Made by a program: the position numbers and the translations under genes. The notes beneath the pieces were generated by a model. It was given only the letters and a program-made list of their open reading frames with translations. It ran no database searches and was not told the origin of the DNA. This document shows positions 25,201 to 39,275 of a stretch of DNA of 64,000 nucleotides, in pieces (positions within the stretch are counted from its first letter, which is position 1; each line of letters starts with the position of its first letter). The stretch spans positions 1,524,616-1,588,615 of the forward strand of contig MU058584.1 of NCBI GenBank assembly GCA_013265495.1. Reading direction: 5' to 3'. The DNA comes from Vicugna vicugna. Taxonomy: Eukaryota.

Positions 25201-25523
25201 GGTGTTAAAGGCTGGGGAGCCGGAGACTGGACTCAGCTACTGACGATGAAGGGAAAGCAGGGCTTACCCTCGGGAAGACGGGGGGATCTAGGGAGTCAGC
25301 GGAAGTGAAAAATGGAGGCAGGGGAGGATGAAACCAGAGACTTCTCTGCCTTCTCCGTTTCCCCCATGTGAAGCCGACTAACTCACACAGGAAGCACCTA
25401 TTCCAGGATTTGGTTCATTTATCCCAGGGAACAGGTCAAGGAAAGGACAAAGTAGCCATCGTGTGCCTGAAGACGTGGAGGAGGACACCAGGAGGGGCTT
25501 GAGAGAGAAAGGCTTTCTTTAAA

Positions 25524-25524
25524 A

Positions 25525-25559
<35 letters not shown>

Positions 25560-25580
25560 CACATATGTGTGTGTGTATGT
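25524..25580 (+). repeat. (TA)n/(TG)n microsatellite
   Basis: Directly visible dinucleotide run. Confidence 0.95.
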
Positions 25581-27249
25581 ACACGAAAGGGAAGTCTGTT
25601 ACTTCGAATGACAGATGTGAAATAGCAGGCTCCCTCCTAGCTGTGCTGGTATGAAATGCACCGTTTTGCTTGGCTTCCTGGCACCTGCTGCAGAAGAACT
25701 CTATGGCAGTTGATGCTCCCTGAGCACCCCTGCTGGCCCACCCGTAGGAGATGGTGGAGCTGGGGTGGCTGTAGTGATTTGGGATGATGAACTCTGAGAA
25801 AGCCTCTGTGACCTTAATTTTCTGTGGGTAATGTTGAAAACACCCCACTCAAGACTCAACTCTTTTGGTGAAGGCTGTGTCCATGTTCCAGAAGGGATAG
25901 GAGAAAGAGTCCAGTAATTTGTGAATGAATTATTGCTAAATATTTTCCCTTATTCAGACAGGAAGGCATGGAAGAGAGGGGGAGAGAACATGGGGGTACT
26001 GCGTATCTGAGATGGAAGAAAGGGACAACTTTGACAAACCAAGTGAAATTAGAGCTATTCAGTGTTCTTTATAGCTTTCCTTTGCAAAAAAAAAAAAAGT
26101 ATATAGATCTGGTGAAGAGAGTGTAAAAGGAATAAACATTTTCTGATTCCATGCTGGTCCTCCTGATGATGATCCAGGACATGCAGAGATCTTTTCTGCA
26201 TGATGCCTCAGGCTCTCAGGATGTAACAAAGAATATCTCTCTCGCTTTTACTCACCTCAAAGGAGGAGACTGTGAGCAGCCTTAATACTTTAGGACAATG
26301 GATTCTGATTCCTTAAGCTCCATTAATTGCCTATATAATTGTAACCAGCTTATTATCATATGTCCCTGAATTTTGTGCCAGGGCCATAAGAATGCAGGGG
26401 AATTTTCAGAGTTGAGCAGGTTTGCAGGGGTTTTCAGTCATACCCGTCATCACGTGACTTGCAAACATCCAATTTCCAAGGAAGTCACACTGAGATGAAA
26501 TAGGTTTCTAAATCCACGCCATCTTTCATTAAAATGTCATTTCTCCTTGGAAATTTCCAGTTCAAGGGAAAGTGATGCATGGTCGTAGGGTAAAGAAAGC
26601 AAAGTCGGATACCAGATGCCCCTCCAAACCTGTCTTAGACACTTTCTGAAGTGTTTGGCCTGTCATTAAGATTTCAAGCTCATGGGGCCACCACAGGTTT
26701 GTTACGGGGAAAAATTCCCATTAATATTAACACAGTTTGGTCCAGTAAACCCTATAAGTCACACTGAGCACATGATTTAGCCTTGATCATAGCGAAGACA
26801 TCACCAATGCAGAGATTTATCTGCCTGTTGTTTTGACCTCTTGGTCAGAGGATCTCATATTGGATGGATGGAGATGCCAGGCCCCTTGCTCGACACGTAA
26901 TTCAAGGTCATTTGGACACGGCCCTTCAGTCGTGAGGACCTGCTCATCCTCTAAGTGGCATATATGTTCCCATATATCCTTCTGCTGGTTTCTCTGGTTT
27001 CCTCCTTATCCATTCTTTTCTATGAAAAATGCCAAAGAGCGAGGTTCAGAGAGAAAAGATCAGAAGCTGATTATTTGGGGTAATTTGGAGAAGGGAGATT
27101 CTTTCCCCATGAGCTATGTGTGTATTTCATACTATCAACATGATGCCTTTTCTAAGATAAAAGTTTAACTCCTTGAAGATGATATAGAGAAAAGATAAAA
27201 GGGACAGGGCAAAAACCAAGGGGTAAACAACTATTTTGACCACATATTA

Positions 27250-27625
27250 TTAAAACTAAATTAATAATTTTGTCCTTACTATGTGCTAGGCCCTGATTCA
27301 GGAGCTATAAAGGTTATTAACACATTTATGATGAGTTACTTGTTCTCATGGAAGCTTATGTCTTGTTGGGCACAGACATTTAAGAACATTAGACAACACC
27401 CAATAATAAAGAATTTAAGTGGCAATTCTGGACAACAGTGGCTATTTTATTAAAGGACACTTTATCACTCAATGAATTGTACAGACAATAATTGCTAAAG
27501 TATTTCAAAGAAGGGAGAGATTCTTTTAGGCTAGGCTTGGAAGGGACATTGTTTAGGGAAAAAATATGGTTCAGTTTACTCTTGCTTGGAAGGGAAGTGA
27601 TTTGGATAAGTGGAGAGGAGTGCCA
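27250..27625 (-). mobile_element. L2 fragment
   Basis: cttactatgtgctaggccctgattcaggagct...ttctcatggaagcttatgtcttg...tttggataagtggagagg. Confidence 0.6.
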
Positions 27626-27809
27626 TGTGTTTTGATGATCAAAGGAAAGTGAAATAAATGTTTTTTCATCTCATGCCTTTTACAGATGTAGCTCTATGCT
27701 AGGTATTTCCATCACAATAATTCTGTTATTTCCAATTCATAAAAGGGGAAACTGAGGCTTATAGAGATGAATCACTTTGACTAAGATAGCAATCAGAAAT
27801 AAGAACATG

Positions 27810-29470
27810 GAACATCACATTCGGCCATGATGTAGTAATAGAGAACATTTTTACCTTTCCACTTTAAAAAAGTAGAAAGCTGAACAGAGTATACGAAATA
27901 AATTTTTCAGTCACTGGACAATAGGAAGTGTAGGACTGGGATCCCTGAAATGAGGAACAGATGAAAGCATCCTGTGCTGCCCTGGCTTACCACCTGGAGC
28001 TTCCAGGCCATAGGATGGAGTGAGAGAACCCAGTCAGAGTCTGGTGGTTGTGCAGAAAAACTAAAGTGTCTAGAATTTTTGGACTAGAGAACCAGAGAAG
28101 ATGGACTTTCTCAGGGAGAACTTTGGAAATCTGCAGAAGGGTCCCTTTGGGTCATTGATTGAGTAGTACTCTGTGGACAGATAAGAAAAAAAAAATACTC
28201 ATGGACAGGCAAAGGCCACTGGCAAATAGTATGCTAACCAATTCCTAGAACTCTTAGAGAGTACAAAACAGCTTGTGTTTTTAAGATCCAGAGTGGAAAG
28301 ACCTCATAAAACATGGGTCATTTGGCAGAGCACTCTCAGAAATATGGCCTTGTTAGTGGGAATAAATTAGCTCTAGACTAAAGAATGCCCTTGGCCTGTC
28401 TTAACAAAGTGTAGAAGTAAGCAAAGGATTCAACAAATAACAAGGACAAAGTCTAAAACTATTTAGAGGAATAACAACAATTCAGCCCCTTCAACATAAA
28501 ACTCAAAATGTCTGGTGGCCAAACAAGAATTACCAGGCATGCACGTAAGCAGGAAATATGATCCTACAAGAAGGTAATCTGTCTATAGAGACAGACTCAG
28601 AAATGAGAGATATAATGCAAGTGGCAGTACGAGACATTAAAGCAGGTTTTAAGACATATGCTTCACATGATGAAGAAGGTAAAGTAAAATACAGACATGA
28701 TACGAAGAAAATGGAAATGTATAAAAATGGGCCGAATGGAAATTCTAGGGATAAAAAAATAGGATATTGAACCAGAAGACACACTGGGTGTAACACATTA
28801 ACATCATAGTAGGCATTGCAGAATAAAATGTCAGTAAAAGTTAAAAGCATAGCAAAAGAAAAATGCCTAAAATGAAATCTAGAGAGAAGAGACTGAAAAA
28901 AAAAAAGAATGAACAGAGCCTGAAGACTGTGTGATGATGTCAAAAAATCTAAAATAAATGTAACTAGAGTCTTAAAAGAAGAAGAGGAAGGGGAGATTTT
29001 AAAAATGTGAAAAAATAAATGGCCAGAAATTTTACAGGTTTGCTGAAAACTATAAACCCACATATCCAAACCTCAACAAAACCCAGGCAGCATTAAGTTT
29101 TAAAAATTTACACCAAACAACCAAGTGATTAAAAACTCAGAATAAAGAGAAAAATAAAATAATAATTTAAATATTAAAATAGTATTAAAAGCAGCCAGTG
29201 GAGGGAGAAGCCACATATGTACAAAGCAGTACAGAGTAACAGTGGTAAGAATGATAGCTAACTTCTCTTGAGAAGTTATGCAAGCCAGAAGACGATGAAG
29301 TTAGTTTTTAAAGAATTATAAAATAAAAGACAATTTAAAATTCTCTACTGAAAAAAATATTTTTTAATAAAGACAGAAAAGTGAAGATGTAAGACAAAAA
29401 AATGAAAGAATCCATCACCAACAGATCTGCACTTCAAGAAAGGCTGAAAGAAATTCTTCAAGCTATAAAG
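27810..29470 (+). mobile_element. Old L1ME-type 5' UTR plus ORF1 remnant
   Basis: cggccatgatgtagtaa...ttttcagtcactggacaatagg...ggaaatctgcagaagggtccc; A-rich ORF1 remnants aatgaacagagcctg, aaataaatggccagaaattt, atgcaagccagaagacgatg, accaacagatctgcact; many stop codons. Confidence 0.85.
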
Positions 29471-29987
29471 CGAGAGCCCCAGTTTTATGGGAGGGGCCAT
29501 CCATAAGGAACTGTAAGTATCTCCATCCCAAGTTGGTCCAGTCACAGCCAGGCTAATGAGATGTGCCTGTGTCAAGGTGACAGGGCTCATCCTGAAGCTA
29601 TAATTTCAATTTCTGCACTGTCCCAGACTCCACCCCATCCTTACCCACTCCATCCACTTTGGCTCTCTTCCCATGTCGCTGGTGTAACTTTCCCTTTACT
29701 CGTCTTCATTTAGCTCTCATCTGGCCTTTTCTGTATTTATCGATGTTGCTGAATGAATAATTCTACTTAGGGTCTGTTGGCAAGCATCATTTTCATTTGT
29801 CTTCTTTCTGTCTTTGGTTTCTGTCCTTTGTCAATCTGAGCAGACACCGGGACCTTGCCACATTGTCTCTGTCTTGAGTGTGTCCCTTCCATCTTCTTTC
29901 CATGCTTTTCATTTTTCTTTCTTAGCGTGGCTCAGCACAGGGAGCCCTTTGTTCTTTACTTTCAGCAATCACATCAGATACCCACCA

Positions 29988-30163
29988 GCAGACAGACCAT
30001 GTATTTTGTAGGGCTGAATGCAAAATAGAAATGCAGGATTCCTTGTTCAAAATTATTAAGAAAGTCAAGACAATGACAGCAAAGAATAAACCAAATGAGG
30101 ACCTTTCTGAGCGCAGGACTCTGGGTGACCACACAGATCGCAGGTCCGAGAAGCCAGTCCTGC
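29988..30163. mobile_element. MER91A-like hAT-Tip100 MITE
   Basis: tgcaaaatagaaatgcaggattccttgttcaaaattattaagaa...acctttctgagcgcaggac...gaagccagtcctg. Confidence 0.7.
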
Positions 30164-31360
30164 CCACTAGATTGTAAGCTCCATGAAGAGAGTGACTGTG
30201 TCTCCTTTGCTCACTGCTCTATCCCAGCAACTAGCACAGAGGTTACGTAAACCAATGAAGCAATGATCCAGAACTTCATGGTGCACACATACTATCTCAT
30301 TTCTCATTTCAACCCTTTTGCTAATTCTGGTCTGACAATCACTAATGTCCTCAAAGACGGGTAAGCGAACTGAAGCTCAGAGAAGTTGGGATGTGGTTTG
30401 TCACAGTGCTTATAAAACATGACATAGAGACTCATTCTCACCTCTTTTAATTCCATTCTCTAAACTGCCTGAACTCTCATCTCAGAGATAGGCGGTGAGG
30501 AAGGCACGGGGGCATTTTCTCATAATCCCTGCTGTCTCAGAATCCTAGAGGAACTCTGGGATAAGAGAAACAATTTATTTTCTTTCCTTGGTGTTTCCTT
30601 GGCAACAACAATAATAATAGTTATAATGCTTTGCATGTATTAAAAACTCTGTATTTTACAAAGCCGGTTCATTTCCGGTTATCATCGTAACTAAAACTGA
30701 AAGACAAGCACTGAGGACGTGGAAGACGATTTGACTAGTAACAGTCTGTACGCTATTTCAAGCAAATAGCTGAAAATATCGAAAACATCAGAGCTAACCC
30801 CGGCCCTCGGGAAATTCTTCTTTGTTTATTTTGAGCTCCTGGCCGTGGTGCAGCCACTCAGGAAGCCCCTGCGGCATCTGATTCAAGGCCCGAGAAGGCC
30901 TGCAGGGTGCACAGCAAGACTTCTGGGCAGGAGGGGCCGCAGGGCTCGGAGAGGAGACGCTGCTTTGTTTTTCTTGCAGGGCAGAAAGCTGGGTTGAACT
31001 TTTAACCTTCATTGCTGCCTCTTGGTTAACTATATCATTGTTTTCCATTCACGGAGTTTAAAGGGCTGTTAATAGTTTTGTTGGTGTTTGTTTTAAAATT
31101 CCATGTGCAAATTAAGTCCAGAAAGCATTGTGCTGATGAGGCGTTTATTAATAGGCTCCTGTTGTACCCTCTACTCATTCCTGGTGCAGTATTTAACACA
31201 TCGGGTTGCGCTTGCCTAGTGATCTGTCGATTTTAAGCTCCTAGAATCTTACTTTATGCTTTTACTTTTTGTGTCTATGCACCCGGTAGAGGGAAGGCAG
31301 TAGGTAAATACTTGATGAATAAAGGAATGATTTAATGATTGTCTTTGAAACAGGAAGTTT

Positions 31361-31542
31361 GATTTTTTTAACACTGATTTTTTTTTGGAGGCAGGGGCAG
31401 GGGGAGGTAATTAGGTTTATTATTTTTTAATTTATTTTATTTATTATATATTTATTTTTAATGGAGGTACTGGGGATTGAACCCAGCACCTTGCGCGCGC
31501 GCTAAGAAGCAGCTCTACCACTGAGCTATACCCTGCCCTCTC
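31361..31542 (-). mobile_element. Camelid-type tRNA-derived SINE with TSD
   Basis: ggggaggtaattaggtttatt...aatggaggtactggggattgaaccc...ctctaccactgagctataccc; TSD aaacaggaagttt (31348-31360) / aaacagaaagttt (31543-31555). Confidence 0.9.
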
Positions 31543-32293
31543 AAACAGAAAGTTTTTGATCCCAGCATTTGAATCAGGATGTTTACACCCTATAGCCATC
31601 CCTTCATGCTCTGAACGCTCAGGTGCTTACAAACACCATCCCCACATGCCTACTCAGCAGGGTCCCATTCCAAATCCCTAAACTCCCAGTGGGCTTTTGG
31701 GCACCGCTGTTGATACAATGCATGTTTGAATATTAAAACCCTCTGCTCTCTCTCCAACTTAACCCTGGTTTCTCAGAGCTGGCCCTCTGGGGACCTCTCC
31801 AAGCCTTCCAAATGACATCCAGACAAACCCGGCTGAATTATGAAATCATAGCATTACTAATATCAAATCCCAAGCCTCATATTTTAATATCGTATATGAA
31901 GTTCTGTCTAAAGACCAAGATTAATTTAATATGTAAAACAATAGATACCTCAAATTAATACAAAACATTGTAATACAAATGACTTTTATTCAGATTTGAA
32001 TAGTGCACACAAAGGCTATAAGTAAATTAGTTTTATTGATCTATATTCATAGAATTATTTAAATGTACCCTCTGGTACTAAGAGCCAAGGGTTTTTCTGA
32101 TGTTTTCCATTAATGCATTTTTCATTAGTGGCCAGTGCTGGGAAGCCCAAATTTCATTTGGTTGCAAAAGATTAATTTCCTCTTGACAACCATGGCCAGA
32201 TTAAAAAAAAAAATTGGGGGAGTTGAAACAGTGACCTACAGGACAATTCTCAGAACTATGAATTAGACAACCAGGAAAACACAGATAAAAAAA

Positions 32294-32307
32294 AATATAT
32301 ATATATA

Positions 32308-32339
<32 letters not shown>
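32294..32339 (+). repeat. (TA)n(GT)n compound microsatellite
   Basis: Directly visible. Confidence 0.95.
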
Positions 32340-32341
<2 letters not shown>

Positions 32342-33233
32342 CCTTGACTGTATATCTACTGGGGAGAAAACAGCCATTTTGCAGAGAAATAAATCAGAAT
32401 CACATGGTTCTCAGCCCTGTCTCAGAATATGTGTACATGCCATAACCGTTTGTAATTGATGATTGACCTATTTTCAATCTCAGAAATATAAATAAAAGGG
32501 CAGAGAGGGAATTAATTTCCAAAGAATGTGGACCTCTCTTATCCCTCCTCTTTCTGTTGGTTTGTTTTTCTGAAAGTTATTTCTCATCAACCTCATGAAA
32601 GGAGCATATATAATAATAGTAATAATACAATTAAGGCTAATTAAAGCCATTAAAATTAATTTTGTTTGGAGATTTATTGGAAAATTTGGAACTCCCATTG
32701 AGATAATTGATACTCACTGGGGAGTCACAAAACTGAGCCCCTGAATTTGACTGCTGTCTGGGTGTTGTAACAGCTCAAATGGTTCACTGCTTCTGCTCCC
32801 TCCCGAGGGCGGTGTGGTCATTGTACCGGCTCCATGGGGAGCCTCCAAGTTTTCTCATTCGACTACCTCATTATTGGAGCCTACAGCCACTAAGCCACTT
32901 AGATTATGACGGTAGAAGGGTACTGGTATGGACCCTGAAGAACAAAATGGGAAATATTTCTATCAGAAGGCAGAGCAAGCAGTCACTTTTATGATGTGAT
33001 TTGTGAATCATTAAATGCCCCTTTGCTTAAAATATGTCCCTCACAGACTGGCCCCAGGGCCAGAAAATCCCCCTGTTTAAGAGCTATTCCTTAGATATGA
33101 AAGTTCTGTGTGTTTTGAAGAGGTCTCTTTAGGGTATAAATCCCCCTGGGAGGGTTAAGTCACTGTCAATCATGAGCACCAGGGTTCTAGTAAGTCCTGC
33201 AGATGGAGTTTTAAATTTACAGCTTTTACAAAG

Positions 33234-33752
33234 TGTGGTGGGCAGAAAAATACCAACGATGTTCCATGGTGTTCATATGCTACCTGCTCACCTTCTACAC
33301 CCCAGAAGTTACATTGTAATATGACAAAGGGGAATGAGGGTTTCAGAGAGAATTATGATTGCTAATCAGTCGACCTTGAGAGAGAGAGACTACTCTGAAT
33401 TACCTGGGTGGGCTCAACATACTCATAATAAGAGCCCTTGTTGTTGGAAGACAGACACAGAAGAGAGAGGATCAGAGAGACAGCAGTGTGAGAAGGGCTC
33501 AGCCCAATGTTGCTGGAGGAATGGGGCCCTGAGCCAATGGAATGTGGGTGGCCTGTAGAAGCTGGAAAAGGCAGGGAAATGGATTCTCCTCCAGAGCCTC
33601 CTCCAGGAATATAGCCCCGAGGAAACCTTGATTGTATCCCAGTGAGGCCCATTTTGTATTTCTTACCTACAGAATGGTATGATGATAAATTTATGTTGTT
33701 TTAAGCCAGTAAGGTTTTGGCAATTTTTACAGCAACAACGAAGACTAATACA
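33234..33752 (+). mobile_element. Full-length MaLR solo LTR (MLT1D/E-like)
   Basis: TG...CA ends (tgtggtgggcaga...actaataca); agaagctggaaaaggcagggaaatggattctcc; 5-bp TSD caaag/cagag. Confidence 0.88.
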
Positions 33753-33854
33753 CAGAGGAATGGGGACAGGCACATTTGGGTAAATGTATAAGCTAGTAGA
33801 GATTAAATGGAAAGGGGGAAGGTTGAAGCAAAGCCCTTCAGAAAATAAAGTACT

Positions 33855-34000
33855 ATTAATGAAATTAGTTAGAGAAAGACAAATACTGTATGCAGTATCA
33901 CGTGTATGAGGAATCTGAAAAAGGAAAAAAACCTTATAGATACAAAGAATAGATTTGCAGTTGCTAAAGGCAGGGGTTGGGGTGGAGAAGAAAGAAAGGA
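33855..34000 (+). mobile_element. L1 3' fragment (ORF2 end/3' UTR)
   Basis: tgaaattagttagagaaagacaaatactgtatg...ggaatctgaaaa...atagatacaaagaatagatt. Confidence 0.75.
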
Positions 34001-34162
34001 AAGAAGGTGCTATGGAGGAATTGACTGTGAGGTGACATTGTGAGTGATGGGAATAAGGGAGGTGCTGGGCAGATGGATAATTCATGTGGATATTGGACAG
34101 ACGCAGGATGGATTATACCAAGAGAAAGGGAGGCGCTAAACAGAAGGAAGGCAGAGGGCAGG

Positions 34163-34737
34163 GTACTCATTTTCTGTTGCTGTGTAATAGAGTCATCACA
34201 AACCAAAGGGTAGTAAACATATTTATTATGGCACAGTTTCTGTGTTCCCAGAAACCTGGGAACAGCTCAGCTGAATCCACTGCTTGTGCTTTCACGAGGC
34301 TGCAGTCAAGGTATCAGCCAGGCTGTTCTCATCTGGAGGCTCGAGTGGGGAAGAATTCCCTGCCCTGTTCATTCAGGTTGCTGGCAGGATTCATTTCTTT
34401 GAGGAAGCATGATTATAAGTCCCAGCTCTTTGTTGATTGCCAGCTGGAGCCCACGCTCTGGTGCTAAAGACTGCCCACATTTCCTAGAGGCCACCCACTG
34501 TTCCTTTCACAAGGGTTTCTGCAACGTGATGGCCATGAAGTGCTTGGTGGTTACTTCCAGTCCGCTAAGACTGAGCGTTTTACAAAATAATGTAATCAAG
34601 AAAATGGCATCTCAACACTCTGCCATCTTCCATTTGCTAGGAGCCAGCCACAGACCACTTCCACACTCGAGGGAAAAGCACTGCACGAAGGTGTGAACAC
34701 CACAAAACTGGGCTCACTCTAAGGTCTACCCACCATG
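34163..34737 (-). mobile_element. MaLR solo LTR (MLT1F-like)
   Basis: ttttctgttgctgtgtaa...aggctgcagtcaaggtatcagcc...ctcatctggaggctc...ttcattcaggttgctggcagg. Confidence 0.8.
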
Positions 34738-37700
34738 GGCTCCAAAGTCAAACTTGACCTATGTCACAATCTTACCTGAATCATGCATCTTGCAGGAGAC
34801 TTACTACTCCTGCCAATGATCTGTCTGACAGTAAGATGATGGAATTGACCCTTCCATGGTTCCATCTGGTGGTTATTAGATCTCTAAAGCAGGTCTTTAA
34901 GCCTTGAGGAACATACATCTCCTTGATTGATGTTTGTTGGAGGTGATAAACCCCATACGATAGTGAATAGGGTAGAGTCTGACTCCATATTTCTCCCTGA
35001 TCTCTCACATTTTCTTCCTTTTTCTTTCAGCTCCTTTGTTCCCTAGGTTTTTCCTTAGACTTCGTACCTCTTCTTCACAGTCAGGAGCTTCCTAGATGAA
35101 ACAGGAGGCAGGTACTGTACTGTAAATTCAAATGCTAAGGCCATTTCTTGGTGGAGGGTGCAATCCACTGTTTGGATTGGAGAGTGCAGGATCTATCTCA
35201 TGGAGGCAGTCAGTACACAGCTGTAGTCGCTGCTCCCATAGGCAGTCGTGGGTCCAGCATTTCGGGAGATTTTAGTTTTTCAGTGGAGCCTGAAAAATAC
35301 AACTTGGTTGTTGTTGTTGCTGTTAATGCGAAATAGTTCAAGTCTAGCATGTTAGAAACAGATTCAATCAAAAGACATTTAAGTGGGCAAAACAAAACAA
35401 ATCTGTGAGTCAGACAAGCCAGTAGGGTGTCTGTTTGCAACTGCTCCTTAAAGAGGGCCCTCTGGTTGTTGAGGGAAATTCTACAGCCTGGCAAACCAGC
35501 AGGAAAGGGAATGGTGATGGTCAGGAAGACATTTCTTAGTGAATAGAGAACGTACCCAATAATATTTGAAATTGAAAAAAATTGACGTTTTTTTTAAAGA
35601 GAGGACTTTCTTGGCTTTTCCAAGGAAATTAGATGGGCGTCTTGGTGTCTTTACACAGACTCCGTTATTAATGTCTTTTGTATAATTTTAGATTAGGCAA
35701 GACTGCAGGTTACCTGAGGAAACCATGGTAGCTATACAGAAGGGACAGGGAAGACAAGAAAAACGTGGCTAGGCTTAACCACACATATTCAAATGCTGGA
35801 CTATTCTGTCTTCTGTGTGGACTGCTGGTGGCTATGCAACTCCTTAACTCTGGAAAGGAGGAGGCTTGGCTTTCAGCGCATTACTCTGGTTTCTGATAGT
35901 GCGAACTCTGCTGTGCCCTTGAAGCATCAAAGGAGTAAGATTATTTTTAACTCCTTTTTACAAAGGAGTAAAATTATTACCAGGAGCTTGAATCAACTTG
36001 GACAACTTCAGATGAGTCACGGAAAATCAGTGAGGGGGCAAGTCGAACCCTAGCCACTCTAGATGGTAAATTAGATGATGACGGTGATGATGGTGATGCT
36101 GACATGTGTGTGTTTTCCTGTTTTACTAGGGAAATGGTGAAGAAACCTGAAAAGCCCACAAATAAATCATGAATAACCAGGGTAGAGAGGTTCCTTCTAG
36201 GCCAGGAAAGAGTTCAATTTTTTCCCCAAACCTGAAATAGGTAATTTAGGATGGCGAGAGTGGTACTTGGGTAGGTGGTAAAGGGGCAGAAGATTTTGAG
36301 TATTAAGACAAGGCAAGAAAATGGACACAAGAATGATCAGCATGAGTATGAAATTTCAGACAGTGTTCATGGACACTTCTGCACCCTGTAGTAAAAGGAG
36401 ATCCTGCACTGAAGCTCCCTTACTGAGAAGCTAATAGACCAGGTCAAGCAAATTTTAAAGATGCGCACTTTTGTGTTTTATGTTACTACCTAAATATTTT
36501 TTTTTCGTTCAAAATAAATCGGGCAATGGTTGCTTCAAAGCCAAGTGAGAAGTGAAATTCTGCTAATCAGCACTGCAGAAAATTTACTCTGTGCAGCTCC
36601 GAGGAAGCGGGTAACAGCTGTCTCGGTCACTTCTCTCCCTTCCTCCCTGGGTTAACCTGACTCTTAAGTCTAGAGCAAAGGCAGATACCAGGACCCAACC
36701 TGCTCTGAATTTGGCCTCCAGGGCAAACAGCCAAGATGATTTAATGGGTCTTTGTTCATCTCCCACTTCCACAGGGTTCAGCACGTCTCAGGCAATCATT
36801 GATTGCTTTAAAGAAATCATGTCTGGCCAGATCGTGATTATTATTACAATTAGCCTACTGCTTTCTAGCAGTCTAACAATCATACCTTGCCAGCAAGGCT
36901 TAAACATCACCAGCAGATGAATGTATAGTCCCAAAGTTCTACGAGTCTGGCACAATTACCTAGACCGCACTTCCCATTATCTTTTATGTACGACAAACCT
37001 TATTAGAAGGCACATCACTATCCACAGATTTATTTTTGCAATGGATTAAATCATTTGCCTTGAGGACAGAGTGAATTGTGAAATCCTCTTCATCCTTCAA
37101 AACCCAGATTAAGAGCTATCTTGTTTAGGAAGCCTTTTCTGAGCATCTGTAGGTGGCTGGGATGTCTCCCCCTTTAGCACATTGTTTGCTCTTTAATTAC
37201 AGTATGTCTTCTTATATTTATAGTGGTATTTGTGCTTTTTTCTTTCTTTTTGACTGTGAGCAGTTTGAGGGCAAGGATTGGATGATCTCTAAATTCCCAG
37301 GGTGTAGGAGTGGAATATTATCGTAGTTCGTTAAATATGTCTTCAAGGAATTGGGAAAAGACAATAATGGCTCATTTGTTCTCATAGATGTGAAAATGTA
37401 GAGCAATGGGTTAATTAGGGTTTTAAAAATCCAGTTAAATGTTTGTTTTCTTTTACTTTGAAGGAAATTGTAAAGGGTTCTGCTTTGTGTCCCAAAGTCT
37501 TCACTTAGGGCTGCTTTCAGTCTTTCATTCAACATACACACTGTGAGCTCCTACTGTGTAATAAGCATTGTTCTAGGCACCAGAGAGTCTAAGGTGATTG
37601 ATAAAAGTTTGCATTAATAAAGCTCATATTAAAATAGAAAATTTGCTGAGTGTAGTGTTTATTCTTTTTTTTTTTAATTTTTAAATGGCATTTTAAAGAA

Positions 37701-39139
37701 ACGTCTATATGTTTAATATCACCACCCCTCCACTCCATATCCCCTAGGCTACTTTTATTATACACCCTCGGAAAATTCAGGGCCCAAGAAGACATGGTTT
37801 GAAAATAGCAAACTTAGTGGATTCAATAAAGCATTAGCTTTCCTTTAAGGTAACACTTTTTATTATTATTATTTTTAATAAATCGCCTTTATTTCCAAGG
37901 GAGTAATGTATCTATACTGGACCCTTTATATGTTGTATCTCCTTTTAAGACTTGACAACCAATCCTAGGAGGTGGATAGTAAACAGTATCCCCATATACA
38001 GCTGACATGAGAGATGCCACCAGAGAAAGGTGGGGATGGAGTAAAATGAGAGAGAAAGAAGGAAAGGAAAAAAAAAACTTGCTAATTTTATACCAGTGAA
38101 CCATCTCTATCACTCTATCTCTCGGTGCTCCATAAGAAAAATTCCAGGCAGATTGAAGACATCTCAAACTTTTGCACTGTGAGAGTTATCTGATTGTGTT
38201 TTTCTTTCTGATACATGACCCAGTATTTCTGTCCATGTTACCGGGACATGTGTTTGATAACAGAAGCCATCTATATATACCCTTGCATCTGCAGATTTTT
38301 TTTTTCCCTGCATAGGAACATGCGAGAACTGAGCGAATACTATCTGGTGTAAATATACTTAGCCTCTGATTATTCACAGCTGAAGTTGTTCAAGCATTTC
38401 TGTAAAAAGAGTCAAAGTGTCCTATGTCCATAAGACTGTCTCTTTAGTGAGAAAATACAAGGTATGAGTCATTTGCAAACGAATCTGTTTTGCGTTGTTG
38501 GTGTTTATTTCTTGGTCAGACTGCTGGATTTAGACACACTGGCAGTTAAGATGAGCATGATTTAAAACTTTGCCTATAAATTGGGCTCTATTTTATTCCC
38601 TACCTTTCACACTTCTCGTTTGTGTCCCCTGGCATTGTAGAAACAAGAGGGGCTAAACTTTTGTTCTTTTCAGTTGCTTCTGCCTGGAGAGAGGGACCAG
38701 CTGGAAGTATGCAGCCCTCTGGTGAGTAACAAATAACCAAGGATTTTTCAGTCCTGTCCTCCACCTCCTGTGCAGGTGGGCCTGGCCCGGGGCGGTTGAC
38801 TCTGCCCGGTGAGAAGGCTGGTAGCGACACCTGCGGCATACCGAGGGATGATCTGAGGATGGGAGGCCCAGCTCTACCCTGGCTCTAAACAGACACCCAC
38901 AAAGCAGATTTTCAAGAGCACCTCCTACATTCAAGGTACAGTCCTCGCGGGAGGAGGGAAAGAGAGATGAGTCATAAAGGGTTCCTTTCATTCGGGAACC
39001 TTGAGTTTTGTAGATTATAGAGGACTTGGATGTAAAAACATAAGGAAACATTTTTGTGAAAATCCCCAGCAGTATTTGCCTGCAGCCTCATTTAAACTTC
39101 TCCAGGTGTTGCCATCTGCACGTTGACTCTTAAGAGGCT

Positions 39140-39275
39140 TAGCACTACAATATCTGCAAAACGGGGTTGATGATGGTTACCTTACAAGATTGTTGTCAGA
39201 TGAAATGCAAATGACACTATCAAAGTGTCTGGGACAGTGCCTGGTGCGTGGTGAGGACTCATTAAGTGATAGCTG
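39140..39275 (+). mobile_element. MIR fragment
   Basis: atctgcaaaacggggttgatgatgg...acagtgcctggtgcgtggtgaggactcattaa. Confidence 0.7.

Noticed and set aside
28530..29069. Longest ORF in the track (179 aa, minus strand)
   Set aside because: It is antisense to a decayed L1 ORF1; the F/L/S/I-rich composition simply reflects the T-rich strand.
31460..31540. tRNA-like sequence with A/B boxes (also 7478-7553)
   Set aside because: AT-rich tail and TSDs show these are tRNA-derived SINEs, not tRNA genes.
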